Shown: positions 9,702-19,256 of the stretch, piece after piece
Layout of the letters: each line of letters starts with the position of its first letter
Position numbering within the stretch: the stretch's first letter is position 1
Source: Minisyncoccota bacterium
GTDB taxonomy: Bacteria; Patescibacteriota; Minisyncoccia; Phycocordibacterales; UBA2100
Assembly (NCBI GenBank): GCA_035500505.1
Contig: DATJXE010000004.1
Coordinates: 126,977 to 190,976 of the forward strand
Length of the DNA stretch: 64,000 bases
Direction of reading: 5' to 3'
The notes under the pieces: model-generated
What the model was told of the DNA's origin: nothing
The model's database searches: none
Seen by the model: only the letters and a program-made list of their open reading frames with translations
Position numbers and translations under genes: made by a program

Positions 9702-10343
9702 TCAAACTGCCTCCGTGGACTGCCCAAAAAGGGCCTGCGCGGGGACGGCCCCCTCGCGCAGGACCCTGATATCCCCTTCGGAAACGTCGACGACGGTCGA
9801 GGGCAGCGCTTCGGGCAACTCTCCCGCATCTATCGCAAGGTCTATCATCGCGGCGCGCTCCCCAAGCTGTGCCACAATGCCTGCGACACTCCGCTCACTT
9901 GCGGCCCCCGCGACGTTGGCGCTGGTCGTCGTATACGGCGAACCAAAAGCCCTCGCGAGCGCGAGACAATAGTCGTTCTTCGGGATGCGGATGCCGATGG
10001 TTTCAATTTCTTTTGCGATGCCGGTAGTGAATTCCTGATTCTTTTTTAAAATGAGGGTCAAAGGCCCCGGCAGGAATTTCTCCGCGAGCGAGCGCGCAAG
10101 CTCGTTCACCTCCGCATACTTCTCTACCATCGCGAGATTGGCGACGACGCAATGGACGGGCTTCTTCTCATCGCGGCCCTTGATGGCATACACTTTGGCG
10201 ACCGCTTCGTCGGAAAAAGCGTGTGCTCCGAGGCCGTACAACGTGTCCGTAGGGTACAAAACCACCCCGCCCGCCCGCAGCACTTCTGCCGCACGGCCAA
10301 CCGCCTCACCGATATTCCCTGCCGTCAACGAAATAGTTTCCAA
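9702..10343 (-). CDS. tsaC: L-threonylcarbamoyladenylate synthase (YrdC/Sua5 family)
   Basis: GGVVLYPTDTLYGLG...SANVAG...R motifs characteristic of YrdC domain; 213 aa. Confidence 0.85.
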   Translation of the reverse strand: METISLTAGNIGEAVGRAAEVLRAGGVVLYPTDTLYGLGAHAFSDEAVAKVYAIKGRDEKKPVHCVVANLAMVEKYAEVNELARSLAEKFLPGPLTLILKKNQEFTTGIAKEIETIGIRIPKNDYCLALARAFGSPYTTTSANVAGAASERSVAGIVAQLGERAAMIDLAIDAGELPEALPSTVVDVSEGDIRVLREGAVPAQALFGQSTEAV

Positions 10344-10344
10344 G

Positions 10345-10416
10345 TGCGCGGTAAAGGGATCGAACCTTTGGCCCTCGTCACGTCAAGACGATGCTCTACC
10401 ACTGAGCTAACCGCGC
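10345..10416 (-). tRNA. tRNA-Val (anticodon GAC)
   Basis: Minus-strand read GCGCGGTTAGCTCAGTGGTAGAGCATCGTCTTGACGTGACGAGGGCCAAAGGTTCGATCCCTTTACCGCGCA; anticodon loop TTGACGT. Confidence 0.85.
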
Positions 10417-10561
10417 AATATTGTCGCAAACGAACTGTACGCCCCCAACTCCAGTAAGCCGCATCGTCCACCGGAGCCAACCACGCACTACCCTCACAAG
10501 GATTCCACTATACCTAGCCCGAGCGGTCTTTTCAACGTGGCAAACATGTTTAAATATCCTC

Positions 10562-11980
10562 ATGATTCTCGGGGTCGAAGAATCGGCTCTTGCTTTTGCC
10601 GCAATAGCAAATTTTGCAATTGGCTTGTATGTGTTCCTTTCCAACCCAGCCGACAATGTAAGGAGGGCTTTCTTTCTCTTTGTTGGTGGGACATCAATAT
10701 GGATCGGAGGATTTCTCACACTTCAGGCGACGCGTGATTTTGATTTAGACCCAATCACGCAATTCGGCGGACTGGCGGGAGCACTGGGGCTCATCCTATT
10801 CGCTCAATGGTTTCCAAGGCCGCAACTCCTTCCGGTACGCCCATTACTCCTCTACGCACCCTTCCCTATTGCCGCCCTCGGCATCATCCCCTGGCATTTT
10901 ATCGTTTCCGATATTCGAGCGCTTCCGGGGGGAGGGTTTGATCCAGTTCCAGGACCGCTTGCCGGTATATGGATGTTACTCATTGGTTCCTATGTGATTG
11001 CTGCCATCTACCTATTTTATGTACACTTACGCACAGCCCGCGGAAAAGAATACGAGCAGTTACTCCGTGTCTCTTTGGGAATCGGATTTTCCTCAATAAC
11101 CGCATTCGTATGCGATGTACTCCTTCCCGCAGCCGGCATATCGGGCTTAAAAGAACTAGGTCCGTTATCATCTGTCGTTTGTGTTGGGATGATCGCATAT
11201 GCGATCATGCGACACGAACTCATGGACATCCGTGGTGCCTTCAGGGAGGCACAGGGTCGCGCGCTCGAACTAGAACGTAAGGTTGCTGAGCGGACGCGAG
11301 AATTACAAGAATTGCAAGACCGGCAGAATCGAATGATGCTTGAAATCGCACATGGGCTCCAAACTCCGCTTGCCGTATTTCAAACCAAACTTGAGAAGTT
11401 AAAGTCTGTGGACCGGTATACAAGGGACGTTGAAGGGTTGGAGCGCTCACTCATAGATCTTTCCGACTTCATTGAGGACTTACTTAAATTGGCCCGTCTG
11501 GAAACCAGAGCCAGAGAGATGCCTTTTGAGAAACTGTCCTTGACGAAACTCATTGAGGAAGTTACCGAGGAGCTCCGAACTATTGCCGCCCAAAAGGGCA
11601 TAAGTGTGATTTGCCATACCAAATTGGGTATTGAAGTGCTGGCTGACAAGAGGGAATTGCGTGCGGCAATCATGAATCTCGCTAATAACTCAATGAAGTA
11701 CATGGGGCAAGAGGGGCAGCGGGAAATAGTCTTTGCACTAAGTCAGAACTATGACTGTGCGGAGCTTATGATTCGGGACACCGGTATAGGAATCTCTGAG
11801 GAAGATATTCCGCGTATTTTTGATCGCTTTTACCGTGGGACCACCCAAGCCAGTGGGAACGGATTAGGACTGGCCATCTCCAAAAATATAGTCGAACGAC
11901 ACGACGGGAATATAATTGTGCGTAGCGAAGTTGGCTCCGGTACCACAGTAACAATAACACTGCCTCTTCTCCTGACTTAG
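10562..11980 (+). CDS. membrane sensor histidine kinase (HisKA + HATPase_c); no adjacent response regulator
   Basis: 6-7 TM N-terminal region; H-box EIAHGLQTPLA; N, G1 and G2 boxes (NLANNSMKY, DTGIGI, GTTQASGNGLGLAISKNIV); ORF-track start 10421 overlaps tRNA-Val, so ATG 10562 is preferred. Confidence 0.85.
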   Translation: MILGVEESALAFAAIANFAIGLYVFLSNPADNVRRAFFLFVGGTSIWIGGFLTLQATRDFDLDPITQFGGLAGALGLILFAQWFPRPQLLPVRPLLLYAPFPIAALGIIPWHFIVSDIRALPGGGFDPVPGPLAGIWMLLIGSYVIAAIYLFYVHLRTARGKEYEQLLRVSLGIGFSSITAFVCDVLLPAAGISGLKELGPLSSVVCVGMIAYAIMRHELMDIRGAFREAQGRALELERKVAERTRELQELQDRQNRMMLEIAHGLQTPLAVFQTKLEKLKSVDRYTRDVEGLERSLIDLSDFIEDLLKLARLETRAREMPFEKLSLTKLIEEVTEELRTIAAQKGISVICHTKLGIEVLADKRELRAAIMNLANNSMKYMGQEGQREIVFALSQNYDCAELMIRDTGIGISEEDIPRIFDRFYRGTTQASGNGLGLAISKNIVERHDGNIIVRSEVGSGTTVTITLPLLLT

Positions 11981-11986
11981 GAAATG

Positions 11987-12067
11987 TGCCGGAGGAGGGA
12001 CTCGAACCCTCACATCTTGCGATACACGATTTTGAGTCGTGCGTGTCTGCCATTCCACCACTCCGGC
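11987..12067 (-). tRNA. tRNA-Leu (anticodon CAA)
   Basis: Minus-strand read GCCGGAGTGGTGGAATGGCAGACACGCACGACTCAAAATCGTG + long variable arm + GGTTCGAGTCCCTCCTCCGGCA. Confidence 0.8.
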
Positions 12068-12150
12068 CTCGCCCTTCAAAGCTTAAGCGACGAAGGGCAA
12101 TGGTCGACATGATACTTCATTTATCGTGTGATTTGAAGTACTGTAGCCCC

Positions 12151-13050
12151 ATGCAAAAAGTGCTCGTCATCGTCGGCCCGACCGCTTCGGGCAAGTCGGC
12201 GCTTGCCGTCGCCCTCGCGAAAAAGTTCAATGGCGAGGTCGTTTCGGCGGATTCGCGGCAAGTGTATCGCGGACTCGACATCGGCACCGGAAAAATAACG
12301 AGGCGGGAAATGCGCGGCGTGCCGCATCACTTACTCGACGTCGCATCGACCACGAGAAAATTCTCGGCCGGAGATTTTGCGGAACGCGCTCGCGCTGCGA
12401 TCCAAACAATATCAAAGCGTCACAAGCTCCCCGTCATCGCCGGCGGCACCGGTTTTTATATCGACGCGCTCATCGGGAGAATTTCCCTGCCGGAAGTAAA
12501 AGCCGACCCCGCACTCCGGGTCCGTTTGCAAAAGAAAACCGCCGCACAGCTCTACGTGATGCTCAAACAACGGGACCCGAAGCGCGCGAGGGCAATGCGT
12601 ACGCCGAGCGAACGCAACAACAAAGTACGCCTGATCCGCGCACTTGAAATAGCGACATCCAAGAAAGTTGCTGCGCAGCAAGCCCCTGCTTACGAAACAC
12701 TCTGGCTCGGTATCAAGCCTTCGCAAAGAGAACTAGAGCGTCGCATCCGCATGCGCCTCACAACGCGCATCCGGCAAGGTCTCATCGCTGAAGGCAGGCG
12801 TTTGCACGCGCACGGACTTTCTTACAAGCGCATGGAGGAACTCGGGCTCGAATATCGTTCGCTCTCGCGACTGCTGCAGAACAAGCTCTCAAAGAAAGCG
12901 TTCGAAGAAGAGCTCTTCCGTGACATCCGCCGCTACGCCAAAAAACAGCTCGCCTACTGGAAGCGCAATAGGGGCATCCGTTGGTATGCCCCTGAGCGAA
13001 AGCCTCGAATCATGCGCCATGTCGCGGCTTGGCTGAAAAGTGCAAAATAG
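12151..13050 (+). CDS. miaA: tRNA dimethylallyltransferase (i6A37 synthase)
   Basis: Starts MQKVLVIVGPTASGKSALAVALA...VVSADSRQVYRGLDIGTGK (P-loop + DSRQ/Y motif); ORF-track start 11986 rejected because it overlaps tRNA-Leu. Confidence 0.9.
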   Translation: MQKVLVIVGPTASGKSALAVALAKKFNGEVVSADSRQVYRGLDIGTGKITRREMRGVPHHLLDVASTTRKFSAGDFAERARAAIQTISKRHKLPVIAGGTGFYIDALIGRISLPEVKADPALRVRLQKKTAAQLYVMLKQRDPKRARAMRTPSERNNKVRLIRALEIATSKKVAAQQAPAYETLWLGIKPSQRELERRIRMRLTTRIRQGLIAEGRRLHAHGLSYKRMEELGLEYRSLSRLLQNKLSKKAFEEELFRDIRRYAKKQLAYWKRNRGIRWYAPERKPRIMRHVAAWLKSAK

Positions 13051-13066
13051 AATATGATGCCCGCAA

Positions 13067-13137
13067 GGGCGATTAGTTAAATGGTATAACTTCGGTCTCC
13101 AAAACCGACGTCGGGGGTTCGATTCCCTCATCGCCCG
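13067..13137 (+). tRNA. tRNA-Trp (anticodon CCA)
   Basis: GGGCGATTAGTTAAATGGTATAACTTCGGTCTCCAAAACCGACG...GGGGGTTCGATTCCCTCATCGCCCG; anticodon loop CTCCAAA. Confidence 0.8.
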
Positions 13138-13142
13138 CAACT

Positions 13143-14282
13143 ATGAGAATCCTTGGCATCGAGACGTCCTGTGACGAGACGGCCGTGTGCGTTATTGAGG
13201 CGGACGGGGATTTTGGAACGAACTTCAAATTCAACGTGCTTGGCAATGCGCTTTTCTCGCAAGCAAAGCTGCACGAGCAATACGGCGGCGTGTTCCCCAA
13301 CGTAGCAAAGCGCGAACACGCGAAAAATCTCGTACCGCTTCTCTCGCGCATCTTGCCCGAAGGCGGGAAGACTGATGCCGACGATCAGGTTTTGCGGGAA
13401 CTTCTACACCGCGAGCCGGAGTTGTACGAACAGCTCACCGCGTTCTTTGCAACGCACGGAAAACCCGATATTGACGCTCTCGCGGTAACCTACGGCCCCG
13501 GACTTGAGCCATGCTTGTGGGTCGGCGTGAATTTCGCAAAAGCGCTCTCGCTCGCATGGAATGTCCCTATCGTCGGGGTCAATCACATGGAAGGCCACAT
13601 CGTGCTCTCGATGATGCAAAAGGAGCATCTCGCGCAATTCGAATTCCCACTGCTCGCGCTCCTCATTTCCGGCGGACACACTGAACTCGTCGTCTCAAAA
13701 GAATGGCTGCAGTACGAAGTCGTCGGACAAACGCGGGACGATGCGGCAGGCGAAGCGTTCGACAAAGTCGCGCGGCTCTTGGGACTTCCCTATCCCGGCG
13801 GGCCGGAAATTTCCAAACGTGCGGAAGAAGCGCGGCAAGGAAAACTCGTCAGTGAATTTTCTCTGCCCCGTCCCATGCTCCACGAAGACAATCTCGACTT
13901 TTCTTTCGCTGGATTGAAAACGGCGGTACGCAAGATCGTAGACGCGAATCCCTCGCTCTCGGACGATGCAAGGAAAGCTCTGGCGATGGAATTCGAGAAC
14001 GCGGTCGCCGACGTGCTTGTCGAGAAGACGCTGCGCGCGATAGACCAATTCGGCGCCAACACCATTGTCGTTGGCGGCGGCGTTTCCGCCAATACGTATA
14101 TTCGAGAACGACTGGCAAGTGCTCTGCGAGATGAAGGCGAGCCGGCAAAACTCCTCGTTCCGCCTCCCGACCTTGCAACCGACAACGCGCTCATGATAGC
14201 CCTCGCAGGCTATTTTCACGCACTCAAAAAAGACTATGTTTCAATCGAATACCTGCGTGCCAATGGCAATCTTCGGCTCTAG
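13143..14282 (+). CDS. tsaD: tRNA N6-adenosine threonylcarbamoyltransferase (Kae1/TsaD family)
   Basis: MRILGIETSCDETAVCV...; HMEGH metal-binding motif; 379 aa. Confidence 0.9.
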   Translation: MRILGIETSCDETAVCVIEADGDFGTNFKFNVLGNALFSQAKLHEQYGGVFPNVAKREHAKNLVPLLSRILPEGGKTDADDQVLRELLHREPELYEQLTAFFATHGKPDIDALAVTYGPGLEPCLWVGVNFAKALSLAWNVPIVGVNHMEGHIVLSMMQKEHLAQFEFPLLALLISGGHTELVVSKEWLQYEVVGQTRDDAAGEAFDKVARLLGLPYPGGPEISKRAEEARQGKLVSEFSLPRPMLHEDNLDFSFAGLKTAVRKIVDANPSLSDDARKALAMEFENAVADVLVEKTLRAIDQFGANTIVVGGGVSANTYIRERLASALRDEGEPAKLLVPPPDLATDNALMIALAGYFHALKKDYVSIEYLRANGNLRL

Positions 14283-14356
14283 TTGACACTCGCGGCATTA
14301 AAATGCAAAGTGCCAGACAGGTCCGCACCCCTGCGGCCTCAATCAGGGAGTTCTCC

Positions 14357-15352
14357 ATGGATAAGGTAACGATCCGCCACCTTGCCGGTGGCTTCTTCGG
14401 CGGCGTACTCGGAATCCTCGCATTCGGCTACTTCGGCACAGCGCTGATGGTTGTCGGTTGCCTCGTCGGCTCCGCCGGCGGCTTCTGGCACGATGTCGTC
14501 TGGCAGACGATCGTAAGCGAGTTGCAGAAAAAGGACCGGCGTTTCTCTGCCCCGCACCCGCTCTTCTTCGCCTTCGCGACCGAACTGCTCATGCTAGTGC
14601 CGCTCTGCATCTCGGCAGGAGCATTCCTGATCGGCATGTATTACGTCGCCTACCTGTTGGCTGGCGATACTTGGATGACGATTACTTGGGCAGTGCTGTG
14701 GGGAATTGGCACAGTCTTCGGATTTGTCTTCAACGCTATGCTCTTCGTCGGAACACTTAACAAGGACGTTTTCCGCCGAAAGGCAGCTAGTGCCCGAGAC
14801 CTCAAGCCCTTCTACGAGCATTGGCAACAGTGGAGCGAGAAAAGCTTCGGCCGGTACATGATCGAAGTTTACGTCGATCTGCTGAAAGGTCAGGTCGTCG
14901 TCATGGCTTTCCTGTTTGGCCTGTTCTGTTTTATTCTGGCAGCGATTTTTGTCATGATCCTACCGGGGTTCGTGATTGCTGTCGGATGTGGGCTCGGCAA
15001 AGGGACGGTGCTGGCAGTGCGCCGCGGCGGCTATTGGATCTGCTTCGTCGTTTCGCTAACGACGACGACAAGCTTCATCTACCTGATGTACGGGCGGCTC
15101 GGTGACACTGTGACGCTGCTTGTCACCGCACTCGCTGTCGGTGCAGTATCGGCCGCGGGCTCCGAGGCGATTCACCAGGGAATGCGCTGGCTGCTCGCAC
15201 ATCATCCTTACCTGATGAAAATTGGTCGCCTAAAAGTCCATATGCTTTCAGGAGCCTATATGGAAACTTCCGAGGACTACTTGGAGAAACTCAGTGGGAA
15301 GGTCTTGGAGGCCATGTCCTTTCCCTGGATCCAGCCGAAGTATCTCAAGTGA
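14357..15352 (+). CDS. polytopic membrane hypothetical protein (about 8 TM)
   Basis: AGGGAG RBS before ATG 14357; multiple hydrophobic helices; no recognisable motifs. Confidence 0.5.
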   Translation: MDKVTIRHLAGGFFGGVLGILAFGYFGTALMVVGCLVGSAGGFWHDVVWQTIVSELQKKDRRFSAPHPLFFAFATELLMLVPLCISAGAFLIGMYYVAYLLAGDTWMTITWAVLWGIGTVFGFVFNAMLFVGTLNKDVFRRKAASARDLKPFYEHWQQWSEKSFGRYMIEVYVDLLKGQVVVMAFLFGLFCFILAAIFVMILPGFVIAVGCGLGKGTVLAVRRGGYWICFVVSLTTTTSFIYLMYGRLGDTVTLLVTALAVGAVSAAGSEAIHQGMRWLLAHHPYLMKIGRLKVHMLSGAYMETSEDYLEKLSGKVLEAMSFPWIQPKYLK

Positions 15353-15394
15353 TCGGCGGGAAAATCGGAGGCCGGGCGGCGACGCCCGGTCTCT

Positions 15395-17584
15395 TTGTTT
15401 TGGCTCTTTATGCTAGGATTCCCAGATATGGAGCCATCCAAAGCGCCTGACGTATTCCTGAAGCCCTTCAACCCTGCCGAGCAGGAACTACGTATGCGCA
15501 CGCTCTGGGACGAGTACGGCTATGCCAATCCGGACGTCTGCGTTGAGAAAGGCATCACGAAAAAGGACGCGGAGAGTTACTCCATCGTCCTCCCCCCGCC
15601 CAACGTAACAGGGACTCTACATATGGGCCACGCGGCCATGCTCGCCATCGAAGACATCCTCATCCGCTACCATCGCATGCGCGATTACAAGACGCTGTGG
15701 GTCCCCGGCACCGACTCCGCTGCGATCGCAACACAGGCGAAAGTCGAGGACACTATTTACAAAAAAGAAAAGAAAACGCGGCACGACATCGGGCGCGAAG
15801 AACTGATGAAGCGCATCACGGAATTCACCGACGAGAGCAAATCGACCATCATCAACCAAGTGAAAATGATGGGCTCATCGCTCGACTGGTCGCGCTACGC
15901 CTACACGATGGACGACAAGCGCAATGCGGCTGTCACCGAAGCGTTCGTGCGCATGTACGAAATGGGACTCATCTATCGCGGCGACCGCATCGTCAACTGG
16001 GACCCAAAACTGCAGACGACCGTCTCCGACGACGAAATCGAGTACGTCGAGAAAAAAGACCCTTTCTACTATTTTCAGTACGGTCCGTTCGTGATAGGCA
16101 CGGTGCGCCCGGAAACCAAATTCGGCGACAAATACGTAGTGATGCATCCGGATGACAAACGGTACAAAGACTACCAACACGGGCAGACAATCGAACTCGA
16201 ATGGATAAACGGCCCCATCACCGCGACCGTCATCAAGGATGAAGCGGCGGATATGGAGACCGGTTCCGGGGTCATGACGATAACGCCCGCACACTCGGTC
16301 ATCGACTTCGACATCGCGCAGAAACACAAGCTCGACATCGAGCAAGTTATCGACGAGCGCGGCATCCTCCTCCCCATCGCCGGAGAATTCGCCGGACAGC
16401 ACATCAAGAAAGCTCGCGCGGCCATCGTCGAGAAATTACAGAAGAAAGGCCTCGTCGTGAAGATCGACGAGCACTACGTTCACAACGTGGCAACCAACAG
16501 CCGTGGCGGCGGCATCATCGAGCCGCAAATAAAGCGGCAGTGGTTCATTGCGGTGGACAAAAAAGTGAAGCTGCCGAACGGCGAGACGAAAACGATGAAG
16601 GAGCACATGCGCGAGGCCGTTGAGTCCGGAACGATACAGATACTGCCGCAACATTTCGAAAAAATATACTTCCATTGGACGGAGATATTGCGCGACTGGT
16701 GCATTTCGCGACAGATATGGTTCGGGCATCGCATCCCGGCGTGGTACAGGGGCGACGAAGTTCACGTCGGGCGCGAAGCGCCCAAGGGTGATGGGTGGGA
16801 ACAAGACCCGGACGTGCTCGACACCTGGTTTTCTTCGGGGCTTTGGACTTTTTCGACGCTCGGCTGGCCCGAAAACACTCCTGATCTGAAGACCTATCAC
16901 CCTACATCGGTACTTGAAACCGGTTACGACATCCTGTTCTTCTGGGTCGCGCGCATGGTGCTCATGACAGGCGCGCTTTTGGGCGATATCCCCTTCAAGA
17001 AGGTGTACTTGCACGGGCTCGTGCGCGACGGCCAGGGCCGCAAGATGTCGAAGTCGCTCGATAACATCATCGATCCGTTGGACATGATAGAAAAGTTCGG
17101 CGCCGACGCGACGCGCCTCTCGCTCATCATCGGCGCGTCGATCGGCAACGACCTGAAGCTCTCCGAAGACCGCGTGCGTGGCTACAAGCACTTCGCCAAC
17201 AAGGTCTGGAACATCGCACGGTTCGTTCTTGAAAATGTCGAGCAGGGTGAAATCAACGCCGCCGACCAGGAACTACTTCGCGAGGCGGAGCGCAAAGCGG
17301 CGGAGGTTTCGCAATACATCAACGAATTCCGGCTCGACCTTGCCGCCGATGCCGTCTACCACTTTGTTTGGCATCGGTTCGCGGATGAGATTCTCGAAGA
17401 GTCGAAACCTATCTTGAAAAACCACGATGCGGCAAGCCTCAGCCGCGCCGCCGCCCTGCATGAGATACTCCTGATATCATTGAAGCTACTGCACCCCTTC
17501 ATGCCCTTCGTTACTGAAGCGATCTGGCAAGAGCTGCCGCACAGGGAATCCGACCTTCTCATGGTCGCCAAGTGGCCGATATGA
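15395..17584 (+). CDS. valS: valine--tRNA ligase (short form, about 729 aa, no C-terminal coiled coil)
   Basis: HIGH (PNVTGTLHMGHA), KMSKS (KMSKSLDN), and DTWFSSGLWTFSTLGWPE block typical of ValRS; alternative start at 15428. Confidence 0.85.
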   Translation: MFWLFMLGFPDMEPSKAPDVFLKPFNPAEQELRMRTLWDEYGYANPDVCVEKGITKKDAESYSIVLPPPNVTGTLHMGHAAMLAIEDILIRYHRMRDYKTLWVPGTDSAAIATQAKVEDTIYKKEKKTRHDIGREELMKRITEFTDESKSTIINQVKMMGSSLDWSRYAYTMDDKRNAAVTEAFVRMYEMGLIYRGDRIVNWDPKLQTTVSDDEIEYVEKKDPFYYFQYGPFVIGTVRPETKFGDKYVVMHPDDKRYKDYQHGQTIELEWINGPITATVIKDEAADMETGSGVMTITPAHSVIDFDIAQKHKLDIEQVIDERGILLPIAGEFAGQHIKKARAAIVEKLQKKGLVVKIDEHYVHNVATNSRGGGIIEPQIKRQWFIAVDKKVKLPNGETKTMKEHMREAVESGTIQILPQHFEKIYFHWTEILRDWCISRQIWFGHRIPAWYRGDEVHVGREAPKGDGWEQDPDVLDTWFSSGLWTFSTLGWPENTPDLKTYHPTSVLETGYDILFFWVARMVLMTGALLGDIPFKKVYLHGLVRDGQGRKMSKSLDNIIDPLDMIEKFGADATRLSLIIGASIGNDLKLSEDRVRGYKHFANKVWNIARFVLENVEQGEINAADQELLREAERKAAEVSQYINEFRLDLAADAVYHFVWHRFADEILEESKPILKNHDAASLSRAAALHEILLISLKLLHPFMPFVTEAIWQELPHRESDLLMVAKWPI

Positions 17585-18276
17585 CAGAGACCGAACCAAC
17601 CGCCATCGCGCTTGCGATCGCCGCCGGCTTTTTCCCGGCGCTCGCGTGGTTGTGGTTCTGGCTGCGAGAGGATTCTGAACATCCGGAGCCGCGACGTCTC
17701 ATCGCGCTCGCGTTCTTGGGAGGCATGGTGATGGTTGCGGTCGTCATTCCCATCGAGGAATACGTACAAGGCTTCATCGTCTCGCAAGCGCTCCTTTTCA
17801 CCGCGTGGTCCACCATCGAAGAGGTCTGCAAGTACGTCTCCGCACGCGCGCTGGTGCTCTGGCGCCGCGACGACGATGAACCCATCGATCCGGTCATCTA
17901 CATGGTGGTCACCGCACTCGGGTTTTCCGCCGTTGAGAACGCACTATTCCTTTTCTCCCCGCTTGCCGGCGGCACGGTCCTTTCGACCATCCAGACGGGA
18001 GACTTGCGCTTTGTTGGGGCCACGCTCGTGCACGTCCTCGCCTCGGCAGTGGTCGGCGTCATGCTCGCCATCACCTTTTATGAGAGTAGAAAATGGGTCC
18101 GGCGGTTCGCCGTCTTCATCGGAGTTATCCTCGCGGCGCTTTTGCATAGCACCTTCAATTTCTTTATACTGAATGCGGGGTCAGAACAGACGCTCCTCGT
18201 GCTTACCTTCGTGTGGGCGGGCGTTATAGCCCTCTTGGCCGTTCTGGAGTGGGTCAAGCGGTTCCGACCTCGATAA
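17572..18276 (+). CDS. prsW: PrsW-family intramembrane metalloprotease
   Basis: EExxK (EEVCKYV), FxxxE (FSAVENALF) and HxxxxA (HVLASAVVG) motifs within a polytopic membrane protein; start overlaps valS stop. Confidence 0.7.
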   Translation: MADMTETEPTAIALAIAAGFFPALAWLWFWLREDSEHPEPRRLIALAFLGGMVMVAVVIPIEEYVQGFIVSQALLFTAWSTIEEVCKYVSARALVLWRRDDDEPIDPVIYMVVTALGFSAVENALFLFSPLAGGTVLSTIQTGDLRFVGATLVHVLASAVVGVMLAITFYESRKWVRRFAVFIGVILAALLHSTFNFFILNAGSEQTLLVLTFVWAGVIALLAVLEWVKRFRPR

Positions 18277-18310
18277 CCATACTATCCATTATTAGCGCAA
18301 CGATTTCGAT

Positions 18311-18802
18311 ATGAAAAAGTCGGGTTTTTTCTCAAGATTGACGGGCAAGTCCGACGATTACGGCGAGTACCTCGACGAGCTCGAGGGCGCGCACGCCAAG
18401 TTCGAAGGCGATGGCGAGGAACGTCACGCGCACATCAACACGCGCAACGAGGAGTGGTCTTCCGACGAGCCGGGCGGCGAATTGGCCGTCGACGTCTACC
18501 AAACGCCGGAAGCTATCGTCGTGAAGGCTTTCATCGCCGGCGTCCAGCCGACCTCCATCGATATTTCCCTCACCCGCGAAATGGTGACCATTTCAGGCCA
18601 GCGCCAGGACGAACGCGAGGTGGACGAGGATGACTATTTCCAGCGCGAGCTCTACTGGGGTTCGTTCTCCCGCACCATACTCCTGCCCGAAGAAGTCGAT
18701 GTGGACATGGCGGAAGCCTCCGAAAAACACGGTATTTTGATGATCCGCTTACCGAAGGTGAATAAAGGGAAACAGACCAAATTGAAGGTCCGGAGCCGTT
18801 AA
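18311..18802 (+). CDS. Hsp20/alpha-crystallin small heat-shock protein
   Basis: ACD core AVDVYQTPEAIVVKAFIAGV...ISLTREMVTISGQRQ...GSFSRTILLPEEVD...GILMIRLPK. Confidence 0.85.
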   Translation: MKKSGFFSRLTGKSDDYGEYLDELEGAHAKFEGDGEERHAHINTRNEEWSSDEPGGELAVDVYQTPEAIVVKAFIAGVQPTSIDISLTREMVTISGQRQDEREVDEDDYFQRELYWGSFSRTILLPEEVDVDMAEASEKHGILMIRLPKVNKGKQTKLKVRSR

Positions 18803-18806
18803 CTCA

Positions 18807-18832
18807 AAGGGCGCCTCTCGGCGCCCTTTAAA
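18807..18832. terminator. intrinsic terminator hairpin (AAGGGCGCC-TCTC-GGCGCCCTT) flanked by A/T runs
   Basis: Perfect 9-bp inverted repeat directly after hsp20 stop. Confidence 0.55.
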
Positions 18833-18845
18833 ACTACAACATTGA

Positions 18846-19169
18846 CTACAGGGTCTTTGGAAAAACGCCGAGTAGGTGAAAAACTTTATTAACCAGATCC
18901 CTATCTGTTGTTCGTACAATATTGTCTTCGAGAGCAAATTCCGCGAGAATCGTAACCGAAACTCTATAGGTCGGTGTCAATGCTTCTTCTTTGGAATCTT
19001 TTTCAATACCGAGAAGATCGACATACCTCATGTATTCCGACGACTTACGCCTTGATACTGTTTCGGATGATTCCTCAATCCGATTCTCGACGCTATCGAT
19101 GAACTTTGTTAGCGCAGCGATCCTGCACATATACAGGCCCGGAACCTTCAAAAGAACTGGCTTCCTCAT
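18846..19169 (-). CDS. hypothetical protein in a low-GC patch
   Basis: 107-aa ORF; local GC about 45 % versus about 60 % in flanks. Confidence 0.35.
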   Translation of the reverse strand: MRKPVLLKVPGLYMCRIAALTKFIDSVENRIEESSETVSRRKSSEYMRYVDLLGIEKDSKEEALTPTYRVSVTILAEFALEDNIVRTTDRDLVNKVFHLLGVFPKTL

Positions 19170-19256
19170 CTTTCTCTCCCTGTCTCAACGGTCCCGAATC
19201 ACTCGGAGACCTTGGACGCTGTCTCTATAAACCCTCCTGAACGAGCTGTCAATAAA

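Noticed and set aside
11986-12150. Upstream extension of miaA from 11986
   Set aside because: Would overlap tRNA-Leu(CAA) on the opposite strand; canonical MiaA N-terminus (MQKVLVIVGPTASGKS) begins at 12151.
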